Below the pieces are notes generated by a model. The model was given only the letters and a program-made list of their open reading frames with translations. It searched no databases and was not told the origin of the DNA. Shown here in pieces: positions 19,075 to 28,426 of a DNA stretch of 64,000 nt (position 1 is the stretch's first letter; every line of letters starts with the position of its first letter). A program made the position numbers and the translations under genes. Source of the DNA: a virus (Duplodnaviria > Caudoviricetes); the IMG/VR virus record IMGVR_UViG_3300025858_000019, positions 15,828-79,827 of that record; one strand, written 5' to 3'.

Positions 19075-20598
19075 ATGAGCAAATTTCTTGGTTATCCCAA
19101 AAGAACGATTTTACTGAATTCAGTAAGTCATGATGATATCGGTGTTTATGGAGACACAACAACCAAACTCCGCACCCTGGTATTCAAAAAAGAAGGAGTA
19201 CAAATGCCGGGCGCTGCTTTCGCGACAAACGACATTGCTAATCCTGTTATCGGAACCTCTATGGATTCGATGTTATCAATCTCAAAAAACTGTACCGATC
19301 CTGGCGCTCAGTCCGGATATCTAGTGGAGTTAAATCCTGAATGTCCTTGTGAAGAATGTGACTATGATTATGGTATCACGCTGGTAAAGAAAGTTGAAAA
19401 ACCCGGTGTTGGTAATTCTGATCGTTACAAAAAAGAATTTTATTATGGTAGTTCTTTGTCAAAAATAGATTGCACTGGCGGTCTTATCGATGATGCTGAA
19501 CTGCTGACCATGGAAAAATCTATCATCACAGACATCTACATGCACCAACCAAAAGATGGCGCTGACAATACCAATATCTTAGCACACGCTAAAAGAGTGT
19601 ATTATGTCACCGACTCTGATCCTGCCGATGCCTCTAGTATTGATGTTACCCTTGCTACCGGTGTTACGACTACCGTTACTTCTGGTGGTGGTTTTGGTAT
19701 TGATGAACTGATCATCGCCTTCAATGCAACAGCTGCTATCAACACCGTTCTCTTTGCTTACAAAGTAGGAGCAAACCAGATGGGTATCTCTTCTGTAAAT
19801 GATGGCTATCTGTTTACCGTTGTTGCTAATACTGATACTGTTGTTGACAAACGTTATATCTATCTCTTTTCAAAAAGTGTCGATGTACAGTTTGACGTTA
19901 AAATTGACAACAAATTTGGTACTGTTATCAAAGCCAATTTCTTAGTATTCAGCACATGGACAAAACTGAACCAAAATTTACAGTTAGTTGCTGATGGTAC
20001 TTCAGCCAATGTCAGCGAAAATGGTGCTACTGCTAATGCTTTTCTTACAGCTCTTAATGCAGGTCTTGCAACTGTTGCCGGTGCCGGTCATGCCTATGCT
20101 GTTGCAAAGACACCTTCTGGGGTCAATGCTTATACTACTGGTGATGTCTATGTATATTTTGATACTACCGTTTCCAGCTATCGTATGAACCTACTTTCAA
20201 CAAGCACTATTGTAAAGTCACAGGAAGTTGTTGGAGATGGCCGTTATTCAAGACTGACTGCTGATGAGATCTTCAAAATGTTTGCTAACACTCCTCACAT
20301 GGGATGGCTTTCAAATATGGTAAGAGGAAATCAGCCTGCTGCCGGTATTGAATTCTGCAGTTATCTTTTGACTTCACAGAAACATGTTTCATCTGGTCCG
20401 CACCTGGCAAATGAAATGACTATCAAAGAACAGGAAATTATGATCATCATACCTAAAAGTCTCATTGCTACCAACCTTTATCAGGATGTCAATGATGATC
20501 GTGATCTTTATGATTTCAGTCTTTCCGGAACACCTTTGGATATGACCTTTGAAAAATTGCTTGAAGTCTGGGCTAGCTGTACAATAGCTAACTGGTAA
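19075..20598 (+). CDS. auxiliary capsid / abundant structural protein
   Basis: 507 aa, Cys cluster CPCEECDY, A/T/G/V-rich insertion domains, followed by a strong UUCG hairpin. Confidence 0.6.
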   Translation: MSKFLGYPKRTILLNSVSHDDIGVYGDTTTKLRTLVFKKEGVQMPGAAFATNDIANPVIGTSMDSMLSISKNCTDPGAQSGYLVELNPECPCEECDYDYGITLVKKVEKPGVGNSDRYKKEFYYGSSLSKIDCTGGLIDDAELLTMEKSIITDIYMHQPKDGADNTNILAHAKRVYYVTDSDPADASSIDVTLATGVTTTVTSGGGFGIDELIIAFNATAAINTVLFAYKVGANQMGISSVNDGYLFTVVANTDTVVDKRYIYLFSKSVDVQFDVKIDNKFGTVIKANFLVFSTWTKLNQNLQLVADGTSANVSENGATANAFLTALNAGLATVAGAGHAYAVAKTPSGVNAYTTGDVYVYFDTTVSSYRMNLLSTSTIVKSQEVVGDGRYSRLTADEIFKMFANTPHMGWLSNMVRGNQPAAGIEFCSYLLTSQKHVSSGPHLANEMTIKEQEIMIIIPKSLIATNLYQDVNDDRDLYDFSLSGTPLDMTFEKLLEVWASCTIANW

Positions 20599-20603
20599 TA
20601 ACT

Positions 20604-20646
20604 TAGGATAGGGAGAGGAGACTTCGGTCTCCTTTCCTCATTCCTA
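20604..20646 (+). terminator. long hairpin with cUUCGg tetraloop (terminator or mRNA stabiliser)
   Basis: AGGGAGAGGAGAC-TTCG-GTCTCCTTTCCT stem, extended by TAGGA/TCCTA, immediately after the 20598 stop. Confidence 0.75.
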
Positions 20647-20661
20647 TAATAACAGATATCA

Positions 20662-21351
20662 ATGGCATCATTACCACAAATAATATATAATATAAAGGAA
20701 AAGCTTTCCGCATTTAAGCTAAATGATGATTTTAAGCTTGATGATGAATACATTAAGGGAAAAGTCAATGAATGGCGCTCGACGTTGATAACAGAACTCT
20801 ATGACAATAGAAAAGCTATTGATGGCAAATACTATCAAAGAATATGTTGTGTAGAGGTCGATTGTTATAAACTTGGCTGTAGCATTGGTGGTACATTTTA
20901 TTATTCTGGAGAACTTATCTGGAGGGCAGATCTCCCTGAGAGGATAACAGAGATTGGCGACCTTGACATTTTATATTTCGGAAAGGATGATTTTAAAAGA
21001 TCCTTTGGCCGTAAATCTTTTGATGGATGGGTGAACAATAAAGGTAACCTTAGAACAGGATTATTGCCGATTTATACTATTGTTGGTAATGAGGCTTATT
21101 TTAAAAACCTTCCTACTCATGGTGTAAAGTTTCTTTGCCTGATAGTGTTATTAAAAGATCCTACCTCTGCTTGTAACTGGCTTACTGATGAAACAGAATA
21201 TCCGGTTCCTAGCGCCACTAAACTTGAAATGCTTATCGTAAAGGATATCGTCTCTCTATGGGGTATTGCTCAGGATAAAATGAATGATGCTGATGATGCT
21301 ACAGAACAGTCGATACCTTCTAATCAGATCCAACAAAAACAGGAGGAATAA
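20662..21351 (+). CDS. tail ring / tubular protein
   Basis: 229 aa; LLKDPTSAC...ETEYPVP motif pattern of crAss ring proteins. Confidence 0.65.
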   Translation: MASLPQIIYNIKEKLSAFKLNDDFKLDDEYIKGKVNEWRSTLITELYDNRKAIDGKYYQRICCVEVDCYKLGCSIGGTFYYSGELIWRADLPERITEIGDLDILYFGKDDFKRSFGRKSFDGWVNNKGNLRTGLLPIYTIVGNEAYFKNLPTHGVKFLCLIVLLKDPTSACNWLTDETEYPVPSATKLEMLIVKDIVSLWGIAQDKMNDADDATEQSIPSNQIQQKQEE

Positions 21352-21353
21352 CA

Positions 21354-21407
21354 ATGGCTTGTAAAAAAACAAAAGGAAAAGGAAAAATTTCCGGAAAGAA
21401 AAAATGA
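21354..21407 (+). CDS. 17-aa lysine-rich micropeptide (candidate)
   Basis: Hand translation MACKKTKGKGKISGKKK; start context ataacaATGG two bases after the upstream stop; TGA overlaps the next ATG (ATGA). Confidence 0.6.
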   Translation: MACKKTKGKGKISGKKK

Positions 21408-21820
21408 CTTGTATTCAACAGATAACAGTCACTCAAAGTATTGAGGTAATAGGAGACAAGGGCACAAAGCTATTCTTTACTCCTTATAATCAGTATTGCT
21501 ATGAACGTAGAGAACAAAAAGATATTGATGATGAGTGTAATTGCCCTTGCTTCTATTATAATAAGATAGTATGGCATTATGTCGTGCTTATCGAAGAAGA
21601 AGAATTTTGGATTCCGGAGTTTGCCGCGGTGCCGGAATATAAGACCAGAAAAGAAATTGAAAAAGACTTTCGTAAACTCAGGGAAAAATATGAACTAGGA
21701 CCAGAACAACCTGATGACTGGAAAGCCGAATTTAAAAAGATAACAGGAATAGACATAGAGGCACAGGAATGTGTCGCGCTAAATGGCATGAGTTTATGGC
21801 TGAAAGTAAAAGGTTCGTAA
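21404..21820 (+). CDS. hypothetical protein
   Basis: 138 aa, ECNCPC cluster, coupled within the tail operon. Confidence 0.6.
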   Translation: MTCIQQITVTQSIEVIGDKGTKLFFTPYNQYCYERREQKDIDDECNCPCFYYNKIVWHYVVLIEEEEFWIPEFAAVPEYKTRKEIEKDFRKLREKYELGPEQPDDWKAEFKKITGIDIEAQECVALNGMSLWLKVKGS

Positions 21821-22416
21821 CATGGGATGTAGAACAAACAGATCAAAGACATAATGGATATAACTTTTTAAGGGTATATCGACATCGTAGATATGGTGGA
21901 CAGGTGTTCATAAGAGACATCACCCAGTATAATTTTACGAATCTGAATAACAAAAACATAGAGAAATTATTTCGCTATCCGTTTGCACAACAGTTTAAAA
22001 AAAGTCTAGAACATTTAAAACCGGAAGACCGACAGTTTAATTCAAGAGAAGACATTGCAAAACAGGTAGCGAAAACTATTTTTGATGAATGGCTTAAAAT
22101 GATAACAGAGAGTATTATAGATGGGAAAACATATTCATGTTCCTACTTTGACATCAAGGTAGGATATCGTCTTTTGACAAACAAGATATGCAAGTTTTCA
22201 AGAGATGGCAGAACCTATTTTCCTATTATCAACATAAAAAAGGGAGTACTGAAGATACATAAAGGTTGTGCTATGGCTTTTACTAGTCATTACTATAAGA
22301 TATTAAAAGCTGGATTACTTAATGGCAAGACCTACAGTATGCCCCTTTCCGAAATCAAAAGAAAAGAATTTTATTTAAAAAGGAAAGAATATGGCAGACT
22401 TCGTAAACAACAATAA
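21796..22416 (+). CDS. IHF/HU-like protein (crAss tail-region type)
   Basis: Likely start ATG 21796 (track ORF 21769, GTG). Basic protein; IFDEWLKMITESIIDGKT..CSYFDIKVGYR resembles the HU/IHF core; position matches crAss IHF-like genes. Confidence 0.5.
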   Translation: MAESKRFVTWDVEQTDQRHNGYNFLRVYRHRRYGGQVFIRDITQYNFTNLNNKNIEKLFRYPFAQQFKKSLEHLKPEDRQFNSREDIAKQVAKTIFDEWLKMITESIIDGKTYSCSYFDIKVGYRLLTNKICKFSRDGRTYFPIINIKKGVLKIHKGCAMAFTSHYYKILKAGLLNGKTYSMPLSEIKRKEFYLKRKEYGRLRKQQ

Positions 22417-23041
22417 ATTTATCTCTCACCACGTCATACACGCGGACCTGGCAAGAAAGTTCAAAACAAAAACCTTTCATATCGATGATATTGAGGAATG
22501 GTGTTTTATTGCTGAGAGTCGTTATATCATAGATATTCGTGCTATGGTACAGATATTAGGTATTTCTCTTTCAGTAGAGTTTTTAGGTTCAAAACCTATC
22601 GCCTATCTTCCCTGTAACGTGATAAGAATATTGGATGTCTATCTTCCAAATGAAAAGAGAATACCCTATGTTCATAATGGTGCCTTTCTTTATCTTAGTG
22701 AGGACTTCACAGGAGACACTGTAATGCTTAATTATATCGGTAGCCCTATAGATGTCGATGGAGGTTCTCTTATCATTAAAGGTCATGAAAATGCTTGTGA
22801 ACAGTATTGCAAATTACAGGCCTTTGAAGAAGATTGGATTAATGGAAAGATAAATCAAAATGCCTATGTGGACTGGCAGAGAACTTTCTCCGGAATGATG
22901 CAGAATATCTCTCAGGATGTAAAAAATCTTGACATGGATAAATTGAACAAACTTGATATCATTCGTGGAAATATGATCCCGCGCATAGGCCGGTTAGTAT
23001 TATCACAAAATCAATTTTCTAGTAATTCAAATAGATATTAA
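22391..23041 (+). CDS. tail ring / tubular protein preceding the muzzle
   Basis: 216 aa; AYLPCNVIRILDVY...VMLNYIGSPIDVDGGSLII..HENACEQYC pattern; synteny. Confidence 0.65.
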   Translation: MADFVNNNKFISHHVIHADLARKFKTKTFHIDDIEEWCFIAESRYIIDIRAMVQILGISLSVEFLGSKPIAYLPCNVIRILDVYLPNEKRIPYVHNGAFLYLSEDFTGDTVMLNYIGSPIDVDGGSLIIKGHENACEQYCKLQAFEEDWINGKINQNAYVDWQRTFSGMMQNISQDVKNLDMDKLNKLDIIRGNMIPRIGRLVLSQNQFSSNSNRY

Positions 23042-23043
23042 TC

Positions 23044-26000
23044 ATGGGATTTATAATCAATAACTTCACTGGTGGATGTATATCGGATATCGATAAGATA
23101 AATGTTCAGAATAACGTCTGGACATTTCCTACTATGAACATACAGGTTTTTAATAAAAAAGGACAAGGACTCATCATCACCACTCATGCCGGCAACACTA
23201 AAATGAATTCCGGAGGAGGTATCATTGGCGATCAGGGAGAAGAATTTCAAACATCAGATGGCTTTATAATATTAGGAGCTTGTCAACATGATGGTATTGC
23301 ATATATTTTTTCCTATAACGATATTACAGGAGAAGGAGAGATTGGTAGTTTCCCTAGTCCAGATCCTAACACTCATATTATAGACAGAACATATCGGCCG
23401 TTGTATAATTATGACGATACACTATCTCCAGGGCAAAACCCGGGAGAATTTACATCAATACTATTCAACTTTGATTCGTATCATCAAATTGACTGTTTTG
23501 CCCGGGCAGAATATGATAAATCTGTCAACATATATTTCTGTGACTACAAAAATAATAATCGTGTCATAAACTCAGGTTTTGACAAAACTGGTGCGGTGGT
23601 AAACCATTTGTATTGTAGTAAAGATTTTGGTTCACTGATAAATCATATTCCCCTGGCAAACGGTCAAGTTACCTGTACACTTTTAGATATACAGCCAATA
23701 GGTATTTTGAAATACGGAAACTATTTTGTCTATGTAAGGTTTTGTACTAAAGACTTTAATGCTACACACTGGCTGGCTGAATTCGGGCCTTTTGCTATTT
23801 TTGATGGTGGCGGTCCTACCGATACGATAGGTAACACCATGGGTGGTGATTATAACAAAGAGTCGAATAAGAAGATCTCTATCAGGCTTAATAATGTTGA
23901 CACTACTTACTATTATGTAGAGCTAGCTATTGTAAGGTATTATTCTGATCAGACAGGAGTGATACTCTCTGAGTGTAAAAAGATAAATAATTATTATCCT
24001 ATTGCCGGCAATACTTTGTCTTTGGATATCATAGGTAATGAGAGTTCTTTCCCTTTTACACTTGAATTATTGTTACAAGAGCCTTCCCTATCCCGAATAT
24101 CAAAAACCCATGATCATCTTGATAAAAGATATTTTGGTTCCAACTGGAAAGACTTAGAAGTTCATTCCGATGAATTGGCAGCCTTTGCTCAACTTATTAG
24201 ATTGAGTTATGATGATAATGGGCCGTACGAAACACCTGCAGTAAGTTATATGGCATTACAGAGTGTCAATGATAATACGCGCGACTTAGATCCGATATAC
24301 AATGGCTATAAGGATAGTAAACTAATTTATCATAATGTTGGATATTTTAGAACTGAAACTTATTGTGTTGGTATCATAGCAAAACTTAAAAATGGCATGC
24401 TGTCTGAGGTATATCCTACCAAGGGTATCGATGCGTTGGGGTTAGATAAACTTCTTATTGCTAATGAATATAATACTCCGGGTTCTTTATTAGTGAATAC
24501 AAAAGGAATTATTAGGTTTCCCAGTAATTCTATTTCTCCTATGCTTAAAGATTTCTCACGCGGACAGATATTGGCGTTAGAGGTAGATTTCAACTATGCA
24601 ATGGGAAGTATTATTCCTAATGGATGGATTTCTGAAAATGTAGAAGGTTTTTATATTGTTCGTACAGAAAGAAATAAGAATCTTCAATATCAAGGAATTA
24701 TGTCGGCATGTTCGATGGCTTATACTGTTACACCGGGATTATCTGATTATACCTATTGGTATTCATTGTTTGATAAATATGGAAGTTTATATTATTGGCA
24801 TATACTTCAAGCCTATGGTTCGACTTATCAGGATAAATGGATAGGTTCTGCATGGGGGAAAAATATAAAATTTGGACAACCTGCCTATTGGAATACCGGA
24901 AATGGAATATATACTGAGGGAGTTGGTCATTGTTTTAATTTAGAGAGTGGAGGATGCACAGCAACATTAAATAAACAAAAAAATCATTATTATAAAGAAG
25001 CTCTTTTCCCTTTTTGGAGAGGTTATGCTCCTATGCACCATATTTGGACAGATCAAACGGGAGATAGTATTTCAGGTGGTGATGAAAGAGTACAGAACAT
25101 TAACTATCAGACACGATGGATAATGTTTCCTAATGCCTATGCTTTCTATTCTTTTGATTTTCTTTTCGAACAGATGAACAATATTGAAGATTGCAGGTTT
25201 CTTTATGACATAGCCAATACCTCTCCGATGTATTGGGATGCAGACGATCATGACCATGATAACGATTCAATTACATATAAAGGTTCATATCGTAAGGTAA
25301 TTTTTGATGATAGGAATGGTATCATGCCTCAGTTATATTTTGAAGATATCAAAACCTATAATTATTATCAGGATCAACTTAAAAACAAATCTCTAGACTG
25401 GATAAAATCAAAAATAGGGGAACCCGGAAATATTACTTATTCAAAATTTATTGATTCATCAGCAAAGTTCTTAAATGAAACAACAGACTGTTATTCTAAT
25501 AAACAAGAAACATTGTATTGGGCTCATAGACATGAGGGTGATGATAAATATTGGACAGTACGTTCAGCTTTAAGTCCTAAATATATTGGATTAGTTACTG
25601 ATGATTCAGAAATTAATGGAGAAGATCAATGGACTTATAAACCTCTGAAAAATTACAATCTTGATATCGTTGGATTATACAAAAAAGATCCTCATGCTAT
25701 CACTGATATCACAGTTATGTATAATATCCGGGATGAAAAATACTATAAGATTACCGACTTTATAGATATTACCACATTAACCGGAGCCAGGCTAAAACAG
25801 AATGTCTTTCGTGGAGATTGTTTTCTAGGAAGAAATTATTTCAAGCAGCGCTATTGGACTGGTAGTAACTTTGGTAGTGATGAGACAGCGGTTGGATATG
25901 ACACAGTAGGTGTCAATGAAGAAGAAATTGATCATATAAGAAGAGGTTATTATACTATGCGATTTACTCATGGGTTAATTATTGGTATTGTTACCGAAAA

Positions 26001-27375
26001 TGAAAACAATATTGCCCTTCGTCATAAAGGAGAGACAACAAGATTCTGGCCCCAGGCTGACAAACTTTATGATTTTGCTATCACTCCCTATAATACTAAT
26101 GGCATAGAGTCTCTACTACTTAATAAAGGATATAACAAAACATTGGGAGCAATGTTTTTTCGTCATTATAATTCGGACAAACCTTTTGACATTCAAGAAA
26201 GAAAAGTTAGGACATTTCATTCTGACAAACATGTTGATGGTTCTTTCATGGATATGTATCGTTCTATACTTCCTACTTACTATAAGGACTATGATATTAA
26301 GTATGGACAGATCGTTCGTACTATTGCCTTTATGGATAATCTTATCTCTGTTCAAGAAAATGCTATCATACAACATTCTGTTAATGAACAACAGGTCAAG
26401 GCTCCTACCACTGCAGGAGAGTTAGTAATGGGTATAGGCTCTATCCTAGCAGAACAAAGATTGCTACTTGCTGAATATGGCTCTCAGCATGAATGGAGTG
26501 TCGTGGCTGGCACCTTGGGTGTATATGGATGGGATTGGAAGAAAAACATCATCTGGTGTGTCAAAGAAGGTAAGACAGCAATGGGTAACTCGGTGTTAAG
26601 CTCTGCAAACCTCTCAACAACCAAAAATATAGAAAAAGAGATTTTTGACATTAAAGAAAATATCAACAGTTTATTTACAGACCATACGGAAATCCTTGAA
26701 GATAATCCAATAAATGGCAATGGCATCTCTGCTGGTTATGACTTTAAAAACAAGGTCGTATATTTTACTATTCAAAAGACAGATACCAAAGAAGGACTAC
26801 CCACTACAATCTATAAAAATACTATAGTCTTCAATGAACTGTTGGATTTCTTTACAGGAAACAATAAGTATGACTCTCCTCTTTATTTTGGTATCAATAG
26901 CGATTTCTTTATGGTGCACCGACCGGCGTTGTCTGCTACGAAATATATCCATATGGCAGATCAGCCAATAACAGATTATTCTGTCAATATGTTTTATAAT
27001 GTTCTGGAAGAATCTATTCTATCAGTGTTTGTAAAAGGACAAGAAAGTGATCCGGTTATCAGTAAGATTTGGGCTTCTTATGATATACACAGCAATGAAC
27101 AGGCTTTTGACAAGGTTATCTATGAGACAGAATTTCAGCAAAGCATACAAAGTCCTTTTGATTCTCTTGGCGTACAGTTTTGGCGAGATCCAACCTATGC
27201 TGAACATAAATGGCATTGTCCTATCAATGTAAAAACTGATGCAGAAGTTTATTCTGAATATGAGACAGACTCCGAATTAAGAGGAACATATTTGAAAGTC
27301 AGTCTTTATTATAAGAAGACGATACCGCAATACATAAAGAATTTTATCACATATTTCATTCCATCAAAATATTAA
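23044..27375 (+). CDS. tail muzzle / stabilisation protein (P22 gp10-like position)
   Basis: 1443 aa, beta-rich; begins INNFTGG..SDID, has a propeller-like C-terminal half ending LRGTYLKVSLYY...FIPS; followed by cargo genes. Confidence 0.75.
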   Translation: MGFIINNFTGGCISDIDKINVQNNVWTFPTMNIQVFNKKGQGLIITTHAGNTKMNSGGGIIGDQGEEFQTSDGFIILGACQHDGIAYIFSYNDITGEGEIGSFPSPDPNTHIIDRTYRPLYNYDDTLSPGQNPGEFTSILFNFDSYHQIDCFARAEYDKSVNIYFCDYKNNNRVINSGFDKTGAVVNHLYCSKDFGSLINHIPLANGQVTCTLLDIQPIGILKYGNYFVYVRFCTKDFNATHWLAEFGPFAIFDGGGPTDTIGNTMGGDYNKESNKKISIRLNNVDTTYYYVELAIVRYYSDQTGVILSECKKINNYYPIAGNTLSLDIIGNESSFPFTLELLLQEPSLSRISKTHDHLDKRYFGSNWKDLEVHSDELAAFAQLIRLSYDDNGPYETPAVSYMALQSVNDNTRDLDPIYNGYKDSKLIYHNVGYFRTETYCVGIIAKLKNGMLSEVYPTKGIDALGLDKLLIANEYNTPGSLLVNTKGIIRFPSNSISPMLKDFSRGQILALEVDFNYAMGSIIPNGWISENVEGFYIVRTERNKNLQYQGIMSACSMAYTVTPGLSDYTYWYSLFDKYGSLYYWHILQAYGSTYQDKWIGSAWGKNIKFGQPAYWNTGNGIYTEGVGHCFNLESGGCTATLNKQKNHYYKEALFPFWRGYAPMHHIWTDQTGDSISGGDERVQNINYQTRWIMFPNAYAFYSFDFLFEQMNNIEDCRFLYDIANTSPMYWDADDHDHDNDSITYKGSYRKVIFDDRNGIMPQLYFEDIKTYNYYQDQLKNKSLDWIKSKIGEPGNITYSKFIDSSAKFLNETTDCYSNKQETLYWAHRHEGDDKYWTVRSALSPKYIGLVTDDSEINGEDQWTYKPLKNYNLDIVGLYKKDPHAITDITVMYNIRDEKYYKITDFIDITTLTGARLKQNVFRGDCFLGRNYFKQRYWTGSNFGSDETAVGYDTVGVNEEEIDHIRRGYYTMRFTHGLIIGIVTENENNIALRHKGETTRFWPQADKLYDFAITPYNTNGIESLLLNKGYNKTLGAMFFRHYNSDKPFDIQERKVRTFHSDKHVDGSFMDMYRSILPTYYKDYDIKYGQIVRTIAFMDNLISVQENAIIQHSVNEQQVKAPTTAGELVMGIGSILAEQRLLLAEYGSQHEWSVVAGTLGVYGWDWKKNIIWCVKEGKTAMGNSVLSSANLSTTKNIEKEIFDIKENINSLFTDHTEILEDNPINGNGISAGYDFKNKVVYFTIQKTDTKEGLPTTIYKNTIVFNELLDFFTGNNKYDSPLYFGINSDFFMVHRPALSATKYIHMADQPITDYSVNMFYNVLEESILSVFVKGQESDPVISKIWASYDIHSNEQAFDKVIYETEFQQSIQSPFDSLGVQFWRDPTYAEHKWHCPINVKTDAEVYSEYETDSELRGTYLKVSLYYKKTIPQYIKNFITYFIPSKY

Positions 27376-27379
27376 TATC

Positions 27380-28414
27380 ATGAGTTTAGTAAATAGAAAT
27401 CCGGTATCACGTTGGACAAACATTTTTGCAAGAGCACTTGGTTCAACAATAGGTATTGTCGATAGAGTATTATTAGGAGGAAATTTAGTCGGAGGTATAT
27501 CAGGAGGCTATACAATGGGTGCTCGTGTAGCTTCTGAGTTAGCAGGAGACGATACAGAAGTGAAGAAAATATCTATGCTTTCTGATACTACTCCACAGGA
27601 TATGTATTCCACAGGAAAACTTGAAGATCGTACTAAAGAACTTGGAACAAAAGAATTTAAGTTGAGTAACGAACAGAGTTGGTATAAGTATCTTGATATG
27701 GCAGTAGGAACATTAGGTTCTGCTATAGAAGGAGGTATTAGTAAAGGTGGAGGTGGCGGAAAAGGTTCAACACCATCAAAAGGTATTGATACGAATATAG
27801 GATTATCTACTGATAAGGCAACTCCTGATATAGCAGGTATGGATTATTCACAAATGGATTATAGTGGTTTCCCTGAGAGTTTTGATTTAAAGACTGGTAA
27901 TGCTATAGAGAAGTTGAATGTTCCTGAGAGTATAGACATTAAAACTGGTGAACCTGTTTATGAAGGAAAAGATCCTGCTGAGAATTATCTTGGTATTTCT
28001 GATGAAGTTGTAAGAACTAATAATCCTGTGATAAAACAAAGAAAGAACTATGGAAACTTTACGAAGGGTGCTGAGAAGTCAATAAGCAAATTCAGTAAAT
28101 ACATACAAGATCAAAAAGGAAGTTATGGTGGAGGCATTTTAGGCGGAGTATTGAACAGTTTAGAAAAAACAGGCATATTGACCAGCACAGACGATGAAGA
28201 GTATTACGCGCAGTCTAAGACACGTTTAAACAATGCTCTCAAATTATTTGATAAACAAAGATTCACAGATATCAATCCTGAGTTGAAAGAGACTATTAAT
28301 CCTTCTGATCCTTCTAACATAGCACCTACGACAAGGTTGTTTGATAAAAATGATGATTGGATAAAAAGCACAGCAAAGAGTTTAGAAAATATAATTAATT
28401 TCGGTACATACTAA
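27380..28414 (+). CDS. ejected cargo protein 1 candidate
   Basis: 344 aa; Gly-rich hydrophobic segments (VLLGGNLVGGISGG, AVGTLGSAIEGG); first gene after the muzzle. Confidence 0.55.
   Translation: MSLVNRNPVSRWTNIFARALGSTIGIVDRVLLGGNLVGGISGGYTMGARVASELAGDDTEVKKISMLSDTTPQDMYSTGKLEDRTKELGTKEFKLSNEQSWYKYLDMAVGTLGSAIEGGISKGGGGGKGSTPSKGIDTNIGLSTDKATPDIAGMDYSQMDYSGFPESFDLKTGNAIEKLNVPESIDIKTGEPVYEGKDPAENYLGISDEVVRTNNPVIKQRKNYGNFTKGAEKSISKFSKYIQDQKGSYGGGILGGVLNSLEKTGILTSTDDEEYYAQSKTRLNNALKLFDKQRFTDINPELKETINPSDPSNIAPTTRLFDKNDDWIKSTAKSLENIINFGTY
27872..27949 (+). repeat. 51-nt-period internal duplication (PESFDLKTG / PESIDIKTG)
   Basis: cctgagagttttgatttaaagactggt at 27872 and cctgagagtatagacattaaaactggt at 27923. 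Confidence 0.7.
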
Positions 28415-28426
28415 AAACATAAAGCA

